Under the pieces are notes generated by a model. The model did no database searches and was not told the DNA's origin. It saw only the letters and a program-made list of their open reading frames with translations. Shown here one piece after another: positions 1 through 9,676 of a stretch of 53,649 nt of DNA. The position numbers were made by a program, and so were the translations under genes. Source of the stretch: an uncultured Ruminococcus sp. (lineage in GTDB: Bacteria; Bacillota; Clostridia; Oscillospirales; Ruminococcaceae); NCBI GenBank assembly GCA_937872775.1, contig CALMUA010000216.1, positions 1 through 53,649 of the forward strand, read 5' to 3'. Every line of letters begins with the position of its first letter. Within the stretch, counting starts at the first letter, position 1.

Positions 1-89
1 TATAAGTATTTTTGTATATATTCAATAAAATATACATTGAATATATACGGTTTGTTTTATTATTATCATTATTTGAAAGGAAGGGTGTT

Positions 90-2738
90 ATGACAAAAAA
101 AGATAAATTCAAGCGCATTCTTGCGTCAGCAGTCAGTTTGATGATGCTTGGAAATATTTCATTTTGTGATTATTATGTCAGTGCTGATGCCGGAGAAAAG
201 CCAGATGAGGTATCCGATAAGGACAAAACGTTTCCGGATCCTGATTCATTCAGCTACGACGATGTTGAAGTGAATTTTGCAAAAGCATTGCAGTATTCAC
301 TTTATTTCTATGATGCTAACAAATGTGGATATGATTCAGATGCTGAAGGAAATACAGGACTTAAAAACCTTGAATGGAGGAGCGATTGTCATACAGAGGA
401 TTACAATATTCCTCTTAAACCGGTTGATCTTGAAGGAGCAGATGCAAAGTTCGGAACAAATCTTTCTCAGGAGTTTATAGACAAATACAAAGATATACTT
501 GATCCTGACGGAGATGGATTTGTAGACTGCGGCGGCGGTATGCATGATGCCGGAGATCATGTGAAATTCGGACTACCAGGTTCATATGCAGCTTCAACTG
601 TAGGCTGGGGATATTATGAGTTCAGAGATGCATATGAGAAGACAGGAAATCAGGAACATGTTGAGGACATTTTGCACTGGTTCAATGATTTTTACATGAA
701 GAGCACCTATCTTGATGAAAACGGAGAGGTAATAGCTTTCTGTTATCAGGTAGGTGAAGGAAATAACGACCATAACTACTGGAACGCACCTGAACTTCAG
801 AGTTCAAAAATGCTTCTTGACTTTGCAAGACCTGCATATTTTGCAACAGTTGATACCCCTGCATCAGATATGTGTGCTGGAACAGCAGCTTCACTTGCAT
901 TAAACTATCTTAACTTCAAGGATACAGATCCTGAATATGCAGAAGAAAGTCTTGAAAAAGCTATAGCTCTTTATAAATTCGCTGTAAAGACTCATAAAGA
1001 AGATACGGGTATGGGGGTTCTCAGCCTTGGATACGACGGCGGCTTCTATACTTCAAGTTATGACTATGATGAACTTGCATGGGCTGCAGTCTGGCTCTAT
1101 GAATGTACAGGTGAACAGCACTATATTGATGATATTATTTCTGTAGATGAAACACAAAAGGACGATATGGGCCATGTTACATATACAGGATATATGAAGA
1201 GAATAATCAAGACAACAGGAAACACATGGCAGAATATCTGGGTACATTGCTGGGATACAGTATGGGGCGGAGTATTTGCAAAACTTGCACCTATTACAAA
1301 TACAGCACGTGACTGGTATATATTCAGATGGAATCTTGAATACTGGTCTGGAATAAAACATAAATATGCCGGGGGAGCTGCAGATGAAATATGGAATATG
1401 CCATATGAAAATACAGATAAGATAGATGAAAAGGATACAACATTCCTTTCAAAAACACCTGCCGGATTCTCAATGCTTAATGAATACGGTTCAGCAAGAT
1501 ATGATACTGCAGCACAGCTTTGTGCATTGGTTTACAGAAAAGAGACAGCTGCAAGAGGCGAAGAGGATGCAAGATTTGCTGACTGGGCAGAGGGCCAGAT
1601 GGAATACATAATGGGTAAAAACCCTATGAACAGGCCATATATAGTTGGTTATTCACCAACCGCTGCTTCACATCCGCATCATCGTGCATCACATGGTTCT
1701 ATTTACTTTACAGCGCTTAATCCTGTTGATCAGATGCATACACTATGGGGAGCACTCGTAGGAGGTCCTGATGCAAAAGACTGGCATCATGATATAACAA
1801 ATGACTATATTTACAATGAAGTTTCAGTTGACTATAATGCCGGATTTGCTGGTGCATCAGCAGGACTCTATTACTATTACGGAACAGGGGATATGAAATC
1901 TCAGGAAGATTTTCCACCTGCTGAAAAACCGGGAGAAGAATTCTGGCTTAAGGGACTTGTTAATCAGGAAAATAATGAAAGAACACAGTATACTATAAAA
2001 ATTGCCAACTATACATCTCAGCCGCCTAGATATGTTGACGGACTTAAGGCAAGATATTACTTTGATATAAGCGAACTTGTAGCAGCAGGTCAGACAATAG
2101 ACGATGTAAAGATTGAAGTTTATTATGATCAGGTTCAGGCAAGTTCAAATATGAAAAATGCAGTAGCAATATCAAAACCAGTTCTTGTAGAAGGTACAGT
2201 ATACTATATTGAGATGGACTGGTCAGGAATTCTGTTCCATGGTACAAGAGAAATTCAGCTTGGAATAATCGTAGGCCAGGATGCAAACTATAAGAGTAAC
2301 TGGGATCCTACAAATGACTATAGCCGTGAGGGACTTGTAAAGAGTGATGAATATGGTAATACAATGAATATTCCTCTTTATGTAGGAGATAAGCTTGTAT
2401 ATGGTATGCCATACGGTGGTGTTGAAGACGAATCAACAACTACAACAAAACCATCAAAGCCTACAACAACCACAAAGCCTACAACAACCACAAAGCCTAC
2501 AACAACCACAAAGTCGTCAGATACTAAAGTTATTTACGGTGATATAGACATGAACGGAAAGATCGAAATTCAGGATCTTACATTAATGAGCCTTTATCTT
2601 CTTGGAGATATCAAATTTAATGATCAACAGCTTATCCGTGCAGATGTAGCTTATGACAACAGTGTAAACATTGCTGATCTTAGCTGCTTAAAGCAATTTA
2701 TTATGAAGGATAAAATAGTACTAGGACCAAAATCATAA
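90..2738 (+). CDS. GH9 endoglucanase with CBM3c, Thr-rich linker and C-terminal dockerin
   Basis: ATG at 90 follows GAAAGGAAGGGTG and opens a signal peptide (ORF track starts at 12). GH9 motifs MHDAGDHVKF, HPHHRASH, NEVSVDYNAG; CBM3-like KARYYFDISEL/WDPTNDYS; dockerin GDIDMNGKIEIQD...ADVAYDNSVNIAD. Confidence 0.93.
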   Translation: MTKKDKFKRILASAVSLMMLGNISFCDYYVSADAGEKPDEVSDKDKTFPDPDSFSYDDVEVNFAKALQYSLYFYDANKCGYDSDAEGNTGLKNLEWRSDCHTEDYNIPLKPVDLEGADAKFGTNLSQEFIDKYKDILDPDGDGFVDCGGGMHDAGDHVKFGLPGSYAASTVGWGYYEFRDAYEKTGNQEHVEDILHWFNDFYMKSTYLDENGEVIAFCYQVGEGNNDHNYWNAPELQSSKMLLDFARPAYFATVDTPASDMCAGTAASLALNYLNFKDTDPEYAEESLEKAIALYKFAVKTHKEDTGMGVLSLGYDGGFYTSSYDYDELAWAAVWLYECTGEQHYIDDIISVDETQKDDMGHVTYTGYMKRIIKTTGNTWQNIWVHCWDTVWGGVFAKLAPITNTARDWYIFRWNLEYWSGIKHKYAGGAADEIWNMPYENTDKIDEKDTTFLSKTPAGFSMLNEYGSARYDTAAQLCALVYRKETAARGEEDARFADWAEGQMEYIMGKNPMNRPYIVGYSPTAASHPHHRASHGSIYFTALNPVDQMHTLWGALVGGPDAKDWHHDITNDYIYNEVSVDYNAGFAGASAGLYYYYGTGDMKSQEDFPPAEKPGEEFWLKGLVNQENNERTQYTIKIANYTSQPPRYVDGLKARYYFDISELVAAGQTIDDVKIEVYYDQVQASSNMKNAVAISKPVLVEGTVYYIEMDWSGILFHGTREIQLGIIVGQDANYKSNWDPTNDYSREGLVKSDEYGNTMNIPLYVGDKLVYGMPYGGVEDESTTTTKPSKPTTTTKPTTTTKPTTTTKSSDTKVIYGDIDMNGKIEIQDLTLMSLYLLGDIKFNDQQLIRADVAYDNSVNIADLSCLKQFIMKDKIVLGPKS
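2460..2513 (+). repeat. Exact 3 x 18-bp tandem repeat encoding (PTTTTK)3 linker
   Basis: CCTACAACAACCACAAAG at 2460, 2478 and 2496. Confidence 0.95.
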
Positions 2739-2763
2739 CCAAGTGTTATTAGCATATCAATTG

Positions 2764-2800
2764 AAATGAGTTATCCTCAGCCCATGGGGGTAGCTCATTT
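2764..2800 (+). promoter_or_regulatory. Intergenic RNA stem-loop between the first two GH9 genes (stabiliser or leaky terminator)
   Basis: AAATGAGTTATCCTCA pairs with TGGGGGTAGCTCATTT using three G-U pairs; followed by TATTT. Confidence 0.65.
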
Positions 2801-2828
2801 TATTTAGAAAACGAGAAAGGAATATAGT

Positions 2829-5432
2829 ATGAAAGAAAAAAAATATTTAAAAAGTGCACTTGCAGTTCTTATGAGTCTTTCAATTGCTGCCGGAACCTCA
2901 GTGATGAGTATCGGTGCGGCAGCAGGTGAAGCTCCACCTCCGGTAGCAGATAAAAAATTTCCGGATCCTGATTCATTCAGCTATGATGATGTTGAAGTGA
3001 ATTTTGCAAAGGCACTGCAGTATTCACTTTATTTTTATGATGCAAATAAATGCGGTGCGGGAATAACTGGCGGCAACCTTGAATGGAGAGGTGACTGTCA
3101 TGTTGAGGATTACAAAATACCTCTTCAGCCGCTTGAAATTGCAGATGAAAAAAAACATATGTATGTAGGAACTGATCTTACACAGGAATTTATAGATAAA
3201 TACCGCGATATACTTGATCCTGACGGTGACGGATTCATTGACTGCGGAGGTGGTATGCATGATGCCGGAGATCATGTAAAGTTCGGTCTGCCGGGTTCCT
3301 ATGCAGCTTCAACTGTAGGCTGGGGATATTACGAATTCAGGGATGCATATGCGGAAACAGGCAATCAGGAACACGTTGAGGACATTTTAAGGTGGTTCAA
3401 CGATTTCTATTTAAAATGTACATATTTTGACGAAAACGGAGAAGTAATCGCATTCTGCTATCAGGTAGCTGAGGGCGATAATGACCATAATTACTGGAAT
3501 CCTCCTGAACTTCAGGATGCAGAACATTTTAGTGATTTTGCAAGACCGGCATATTTTGCAACAGAAGATGCACCGGCATCAGATATCTGTTCAGGTGTTG
3601 CAGCTTCTCTTGCAATAAATTATCTTAACTTCAAAGAAACAGATCCTGATTATGCACAGAAGAGTCTTGATACAGCAATTGCGTTATACAAATTTGCTGT
3701 AAAAACTCATGTTGCAGATGGGATAAATGATAAAAAGAGTCTTGGTAATGGAAGCAGCTTCTACGATTCAAGCTATGCGTGGGATGAACTTTCATGGGCA
3801 GCAGTATGGCTCTATGAATGTACAAAAGAGCAGCACTATATTGATGAGATAATAAGTATTTCAGATACTCCTAATGCCAATGGTTCATATGACTATACAG
3901 GCTATATGAAGAGAATTATAGTTGACACAGGAAATATATGGCAGAACATCTGGGTTCACTGCTGGGATACAGTATGGGGAGGAGTATTTGCAAAGCTTGC
4001 ACCTATTACAAATACAGCACGTGACTGGTATATATTCAGATGGAATCTGGAATTCTGGTCAGGACTTCAGCATACATATCCGGGTGCACCGGCAGATCTG
4101 CTCTGGAACACTGAGTATAAGTATACAAGTCAACCTGATTCATGTACTGATCATCTTGTACAGTCCGGCGGTGGTTTTTCTATTCTGAATCCTTACGGTT
4201 CCGCAAGATATAACACAGCAGCTCAGCTTTGTGGACTTGTATATCAGAAGGAAACAGCAGACAGAGGAGAAGAAGATCCTCAGTTTTCAGAATGGGCAAA
4301 AACTCAGATGGAATACATAATGGGAAAAAACCCTATGAACAGATGCTATATAGTAGGATATGCAGCAAATTCTGCTTCACATCCGCATCACCGTGCTTCA
4401 CACGCTTCTACAACACTCAGTATGGATGACCCTGTTAATGATACACATGTATTATGGGGAGCACTTGTCGGAGGCCCTGATGCAGGTGACTGGCATAGAG
4501 ATATTACGGCCGACTTTGTATACAATGAAGTTGCTGTTGACTATAATGCAGGATTAGTAGGTGCTGCTGCAGGACTTTATTACTATTTCAAAACTCCTGA
4601 TATGAAGTCTGAAGAAAATTTTCCACCTAAAGAACCACCTACAGACTCATATAAGGTACAGGCACTTATTAACCAGGAAAATCTTGAAAGAACACAGTTT
4701 ACTGTAAAAATAAAAGGTGCTTGCACACAGCCTCCTGCATATACCTGTGGATATTCTGCACGATATTATTTTAATATCAGTGAACTTCTCGCAAAAGGAC
4801 AGTCTATTGATGACGTTAAAGTAGAGGTTTACTATGATCAGATCAATTCTGATACAAAGGGAGCTTACAGCATAACAGTTACGGATCCTATAAAAATAGA
4901 CGATGAAAATTATTATATCCAGATGAGCTGGGGCGACTATAAATTCTTCGGAACAAGAGAACTTCAGCTGGGATTGGTTGCAGCTCAGGACAGCGAATAC
5001 AAGAGCAACTGGGATCCTAAAAATGACTATAGCCGAGAGGGACTTGTAAAGAGCGACTTTTTCGGTGATACTATGAATATACCACTGTACAAGGACGGAA
5101 AGCTTGTTTATGGTACTCCTTATGGGGGTGATGAGCCGGAAGTAACCACAGTTACAACAAAACCTGACGCACCAAAGACCACATCTAAATCTTCTTCAAC
5201 ATCCGGCACGTCAGATAATAAGATCATGTACGGAGATATTGATGGCAATAAAAAGATTGAAATTTCAGACATGACCATGATCGGACTCAATCTGCTTGGT
5301 GATTTAGAATTTGACAGTACACAGATGAAAGCTGCGGATGTAAATGGTGACGGTAAAGTTGACCTTGCAGATCTTGCACATATGAAACAGTATATTATGA
5401 AGGATCCTGTTGTATTGGGACCTAAGAAATAA
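2829..5432 (+). CDS. GH9 endoglucanase with CBM3c and C-terminal dockerin (paralog of 90..2738)
   Basis: Signal peptide; MHDAGDHVKF, HPHHRASH, NEVAVDYNAG; SARYYFNISEL; dockerin GDIDGNKKIEISD...ADVNGDGKVDLAD. Confidence 0.94.
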   Translation: MKEKKYLKSALAVLMSLSIAAGTSVMSIGAAAGEAPPPVADKKFPDPDSFSYDDVEVNFAKALQYSLYFYDANKCGAGITGGNLEWRGDCHVEDYKIPLQPLEIADEKKHMYVGTDLTQEFIDKYRDILDPDGDGFIDCGGGMHDAGDHVKFGLPGSYAASTVGWGYYEFRDAYAETGNQEHVEDILRWFNDFYLKCTYFDENGEVIAFCYQVAEGDNDHNYWNPPELQDAEHFSDFARPAYFATEDAPASDICSGVAASLAINYLNFKETDPDYAQKSLDTAIALYKFAVKTHVADGINDKKSLGNGSSFYDSSYAWDELSWAAVWLYECTKEQHYIDEIISISDTPNANGSYDYTGYMKRIIVDTGNIWQNIWVHCWDTVWGGVFAKLAPITNTARDWYIFRWNLEFWSGLQHTYPGAPADLLWNTEYKYTSQPDSCTDHLVQSGGGFSILNPYGSARYNTAAQLCGLVYQKETADRGEEDPQFSEWAKTQMEYIMGKNPMNRCYIVGYAANSASHPHHRASHASTTLSMDDPVNDTHVLWGALVGGPDAGDWHRDITADFVYNEVAVDYNAGLVGAAAGLYYYFKTPDMKSEENFPPKEPPTDSYKVQALINQENLERTQFTVKIKGACTQPPAYTCGYSARYYFNISELLAKGQSIDDVKVEVYYDQINSDTKGAYSITVTDPIKIDDENYYIQMSWGDYKFFGTRELQLGLVAAQDSEYKSNWDPKNDYSREGLVKSDFFGDTMNIPLYKDGKLVYGTPYGGDEPEVTTVTTKPDAPKTTSKSSSTSGTSDNKIMYGDIDGNKKIEISDMTMIGLNLLGDLEFDSTQMKAADVNGDGKVDLADLAHMKQYIMKDPVVLGPKK

Positions 5433-5455
5433 GATATTACTTAGAAAACTAGAAA

Positions 5456-5497
5456 ATATGTCCCTCGCCTATGAGTTGGCGAGGGACATATCTGTTT
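5456..5497 (+). terminator. Strong hairpin after GH9 pair
   Basis: 14-bp perfect stem ATATGTCCCTCGCC / GGCGAGGGACATAT, 8-nt loop, weak U tail (CTGTTT). Confidence 0.7.
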
Positions 5498-5593
5498 ACA
5501 GTCAAATGATAAAAGAATAATATTAAGTAGATTCAATATCCACAAAACGTAAATAATAAGTGGTGTTTTATATAATCAGAGTAAACTTTTATC

Positions 5594-5622
5594 TTGACAA
5601 TCGGGTAGTTTATTGATATAAT
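5594..5622 (+). promoter_or_regulatory. Consensus sigma-A promoter of the ABC cassette
   Basis: TTGACA (5594) - 17 bp - TATAAT (5617) with extended -10 TG at 5614. Confidence 0.85.
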
Positions 5623-5798
5623 TTAATAAATGTCATTATGCATATTAACAATAAAACAACATAATTTAGAATTTGATTTTGGTTATTGAATATAAATAAA
5701 TATAATTCCAGAGCTAATTTATTAGATAATCCATATTAACTATATATAAAAAGGTTTAGTATGGTAATATTAATTCCAGGATGGAAGGATGAAGCAAT

Positions 5799-8708
5799 AT
5801 GAGCAGTAATCCGCTCAGAAAAAAAGCAGCAGCTTTAGTAACAGCCATTGTTACCTTCATAGTCAGCATGTGTATGATATATGAGCCTGAATATGAAATT
5901 ATGGCATTAACTGAGGGTGAGAATACTGATGCTTTATATGTTGAACAGAATTCATACAGTAATTATTATGATGCACATATTAATGACAAAAAGCCGGATA
6001 AAGAAATACTGATAAGAGGTGTTGATTATTCTCTGGCTGAAAACGGTGAATTTTCAAAAGGAAAATACGGTGATGAACGTGACCAGATAAAATCAGATGT
6101 GCTTATATGGAACAGTGCGGAAGGAAATATTGTATATGATGTTGACATTCCTGAATCAGGTCTTTATAATATTGCTATTTCGTATTGTCCTCTTGCTTCT
6201 TTTACTACATCAATTGAAATGTCAGTTCTTATTGACGGAAAATCTCCATATGACACTGCTTCAAGAATATCACTCAATAAAGCCTGGATAAATAAAAATG
6301 AGATCACGGAAAATTCTCAGGGAAATCAGATAAGACCATCTCAGATCCAGTGCAGTATGTGGATGGAAACACCTATAAATGATACAGACGGACTTTTTAA
6401 TCAGCCGCTTTATTTTTATTTCCAGAAGGGTAAGCATAAGCTTTCATTTGATGCATCAAAGGCGTATATTGCAATTGAATGGATTAAAATATATAATCAA
6501 AAAGATCCTTTGCCATATGCAGACACAGCACCTGATATAAATGAAATAAACAGTACGCCTTCTACACTGCTGCGAATAGAAGGTGAGGCTGCAGCATACA
6601 AATCCGATTCTGTTTTATATCCTACATCAGATAAATCAAGTTATCTTGCATCTCCGTCAGATCCCGGGAAAATAGTATATAATACAATAGGTGATGACAA
6701 CTGGAAAAAATCCTTTCAGACTATTACGTGGATTATACCTGAGAAAGAAATAAAATCAGATGGCTGGTACAAGCTTGGAATAAAATCAAGACAGCAGAAA
6801 ATGAGAGGATTTTATTCAAACAGGCGTATATATATAGATAATAAGGTTACCTGTGAGGAGATGAACCAGGTAAAATTTTATTATGATACAGACTGGAATG
6901 TAGTTTCTCCGTCTGATGATGAAGGAAACAGCATATATGTTTATCTTACAGCCGGACAGGATCATAAAATTACTATGGAGGCTATTCCCGGAGAGATAGG
7001 CGATTCGATGCGCAGGCTTAATTCCATAGTATCAGATATCAACGAGTACTACAGAAGGATACTGATGATAACAGGTCCTGCTCCTGATAAATTTACAGAT
7101 TATAATGTTGACAGATCTATACCTGAGCTTGTAGATGATTTTTCGGAGATTTCTAAAGAGTTAAAAGATATCAAGGACAATATCGAAAGCCTTTCAGGTG
7201 AAAAAGGATCTGAGGCAGCAGGTATAGAGAGAATGTATGTCATACTCGACAAATGTATTGAGAAACCTTCTAAAATTCCGAAATATCTTAAGCAGATAAA
7301 GGACAATGTTTCAGCAATATCGTCATGGATGAGGGATTATAAGGATCAGCCGCTTGAAGTTGATTATATAGAAATTGCCTCGTCAGACCGTGAATTTACA
7401 AGTACTGATGAAAAGTTTATTAAATCTGCAGCATTTTCTGCAAAGGCTTTTCTTACTTCATTTTTTCAGGATTACAGTATGATTTCTGAGGAAACGGATG
7501 ACGATGTTCTTGACGTGTGGATAAATCTTGGACGTGATCAGGCACTTGCCATAAAGGAACTTGTTGAGTCAGATTTTACACCTGAATATAATATACCGGT
7601 AAATCTGAATATTGTTCAGGGAGGAGTTGTCGAAGCTGCTCTTGCAGGAAAAGGACCGGATGTGGCACTGTTTCTCGGAGGAGAATTTCCGGTAAATCTG
7701 GCAGCCCGTGGCCTTACGGAAGACCTTTATCAGTTCGAAGGAATCGAGGACGTTCTGTCAAACTGTCAGAAAAATGCCCATGTAATGTATGAATATAACG
7801 GTGGCCTTTACGGATTACCTCTGCAGCAGTCATTTCCTGTAATGTTTTACAGAAAAGATATTCTTTCTGAGATCGGATGTACAGACATTCCAGAAACGTG
7901 GAAAGGTCTTATAGATACTCTTCCGGCACTGCAGAGAAATTATATGGGTGCAGGGCTTGTACTGCCTACTTCAAATATATCTCCGAGTACTGAGGCGGGA
8001 CATACATTTGCATTGCTTATGCTTCAGAGCGGACTTAATTATTATAATTATGATATGACTTCAACAACTTTTGATAATATTAAAGCTGTACAGGCCTTTG
8101 AGACATGGACAGATTTTTACTCAAAGTACAAATTTGAACAGACATATGATGCATTCAGCCGTTTCAGGGATGGTACATATCCTATAGTTATTCAGAACTA
8201 TACCTTTTACAATAAGCTTAAAGCAGCAGCACCTGAAATAAACGGGTTGTGGGATTTTACAATGGTTCCCGGGACTGTCCGTGATGACGGAACGGTATCC
8301 CATGCTGCCAATTCATCGGGTACCGGTGCTGTTATCTTCAACAAAGTAAAAAATAAAGATGATGCATGGCAATTTATAAAATGGTTCTCATCCACGGAAA
8401 TTCAGATAGGCTATGGCAATCTGATAGAAGGTCTGCTTGGAACAATGGGAAGATATGATCCTGCCAATGTTCAAGCGTTAAAACAGCTTTCGTGGTCACC
8501 TTCAGAAATGGATAAAATATTAGGCCAATGGAATGAACTCAAAGAAATTCCTGTAATGCCAGCGTCATATGTTGTAACAAGAAATATAATGACTGCATTC
8601 AGAACAGCTGTTAATAAACACGAAAATCCACGTGATACTATAATGTGGTTAAACAGAGATATAAACGCTGAGATCACAAGAAAAAGGGAAAATCTCGGAC
8701 TTGACTAA
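5799..8708 (+). CDS. Large extracellular carbohydrate solute-binding protein (N-terminal CBM-like beta domains plus C-terminal family 1 SBP domain)
   Basis: 969 aa, signal peptide; C-terminal SBP motifs (AGKGPDVAL, GGLYGLPLQQSFPVMFYRKDIL, KNKDDAWQFIKWF); N-terminal jelly-roll-like IVYDVDIPESGLYNIAISY; precedes sugar permeases. Confidence 0.85.
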   Translation: MSSNPLRKKAAALVTAIVTFIVSMCMIYEPEYEIMALTEGENTDALYVEQNSYSNYYDAHINDKKPDKEILIRGVDYSLAENGEFSKGKYGDERDQIKSDVLIWNSAEGNIVYDVDIPESGLYNIAISYCPLASFTTSIEMSVLIDGKSPYDTASRISLNKAWINKNEITENSQGNQIRPSQIQCSMWMETPINDTDGLFNQPLYFYFQKGKHKLSFDASKAYIAIEWIKIYNQKDPLPYADTAPDINEINSTPSTLLRIEGEAAAYKSDSVLYPTSDKSSYLASPSDPGKIVYNTIGDDNWKKSFQTITWIIPEKEIKSDGWYKLGIKSRQQKMRGFYSNRRIYIDNKVTCEEMNQVKFYYDTDWNVVSPSDDEGNSIYVYLTAGQDHKITMEAIPGEIGDSMRRLNSIVSDINEYYRRILMITGPAPDKFTDYNVDRSIPELVDDFSEISKELKDIKDNIESLSGEKGSEAAGIERMYVILDKCIEKPSKIPKYLKQIKDNVSAISSWMRDYKDQPLEVDYIEIASSDREFTSTDEKFIKSAAFSAKAFLTSFFQDYSMISEETDDDVLDVWINLGRDQALAIKELVESDFTPEYNIPVNLNIVQGGVVEAALAGKGPDVALFLGGEFPVNLAARGLTEDLYQFEGIEDVLSNCQKNAHVMYEYNGGLYGLPLQQSFPVMFYRKDILSEIGCTDIPETWKGLIDTLPALQRNYMGAGLVLPTSNISPSTEAGHTFALLMLQSGLNYYNYDMTSTTFDNIKAVQAFETWTDFYSKYKFEQTYDAFSRFRDGTYPIVIQNYTFYNKLKAAAPEINGLWDFTMVPGTVRDDGTVSHAANSSGTGAVIFNKVKNKDDAWQFIKWFSSTEIQIGYGNLIEGLLGTMGRYDPANVQALKQLSWSPSEMDKILGQWNELKEIPVMPASYVVTRNIMTAFRTAVNKHENPRDTIMWLNRDINAEITRKRENLGLD

Positions 8709-8733
8709 AATCCGGTTTTAAGGAGGAATATGA

Positions 8734-9663
8734 TTGCTGAAAAAAACAGATGCTGTTAAGTTGAAAAAATGTGATAGGAAAAAACGAACTGGCAGAAGTC
8801 AGGAAATTGAATGCTGGGCAATGCTTGCGCCTTTTTTGTTGTTTTTCACAGTATTTACTGTAATACCGGTTCTCATATCACTGCCAATCGGATTTACGAA
8901 TTTTGATATGATAAATACACCTGAATTTGTAGGACTATCGAACTATAAGACATTGTTTCTGTCCGATAAGACATTTATTCAGTCTATAAAGGTAACAATA
9001 GTATTTGTTGTATTTACAGGACCTGTAAGCTATGTTCTGTGTTTTCTGCTTGCATGGCTTATAAATGAACTTCATCCAAGGCTTAAAACAATATTTACAC
9101 TTATTTTTTATGCTCCGTCAATGGCAAATGTATATACGATATGGCAGCTGATATTCAGTGGAGATCAGTACGGATACGCAAATTCACTGCTGCTTGATAT
9201 GGGTATAATAACTTCATCAAAACAGTGGCTGACAGATTCAAATTATATTCTTTATGTTGTTATCATAGTTCAGTTATGGATAAGTCTTGGTGCAGGATTT
9301 CTTGCATTAAGGGCAGGATTTCAGAATATTGACAGGAGCCAGTATGAAGCCGGGGCAATAGAGGGTATAAAAAACCGCTGGCAGGAGCTTATTTACATAA
9401 CAATTCCTTCCATGGGGCCTCAGATGATGTTCGCAGCGGTTATGCAGATTGTTTCAGCATTTACAGCTGATATAGTAGGAAGAAATCTTGTAGGATTTCC
9501 AAGTACCGATTACGCAGCACATACAATTATGACCCATGCATATGATTATGGATGGGTGCGATATGAAATGGGATATTCATCTGCAATATGCACAATTTTA
9601 TTTGTCATAATGTTTATTGCTAACAAGGCTATCAGTAAACTGTTGGCGAAATATATGGACTAG
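8734..9663 (+). CDS. Carbohydrate ABC transporter permease (MalF-like)
   Basis: TTG start 7 nt after AGGAGG; FVGLSNY motif; EAA-like loop QYEAGAIEGIKNRWQELIYITIP; several TM segments. Confidence 0.9.
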   Translation: MLKKTDAVKLKKCDRKKRTGRSQEIECWAMLAPFLLFFTVFTVIPVLISLPIGFTNFDMINTPEFVGLSNYKTLFLSDKTFIQSIKVTIVFVVFTGPVSYVLCFLLAWLINELHPRLKTIFTLIFYAPSMANVYTIWQLIFSGDQYGYANSLLLDMGIITSSKQWLTDSNYILYVVIIVQLWISLGAGFLALRAGFQNIDRSQYEAGAIEGIKNRWQELIYITIPSMGPQMMFAAVMQIVSAFTADIVGRNLVGFPSTDYAAHTIMTHAYDYGWVRYEMGYSSAICTILFVIMFIANKAISKLLAKYMD

Positions 9664-9676
9664 GAGATTTTTGAAG

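Noticed and set aside
8721-8760. Possible frameshift or phase variation in the A7 run at the first permease start (ATG 8730 out of frame)
   Set aside because: In-frame TTG at 8734 lies 7 nt from AGGAGG, while the ATG is only 3 nt away; no frameshift is needed.
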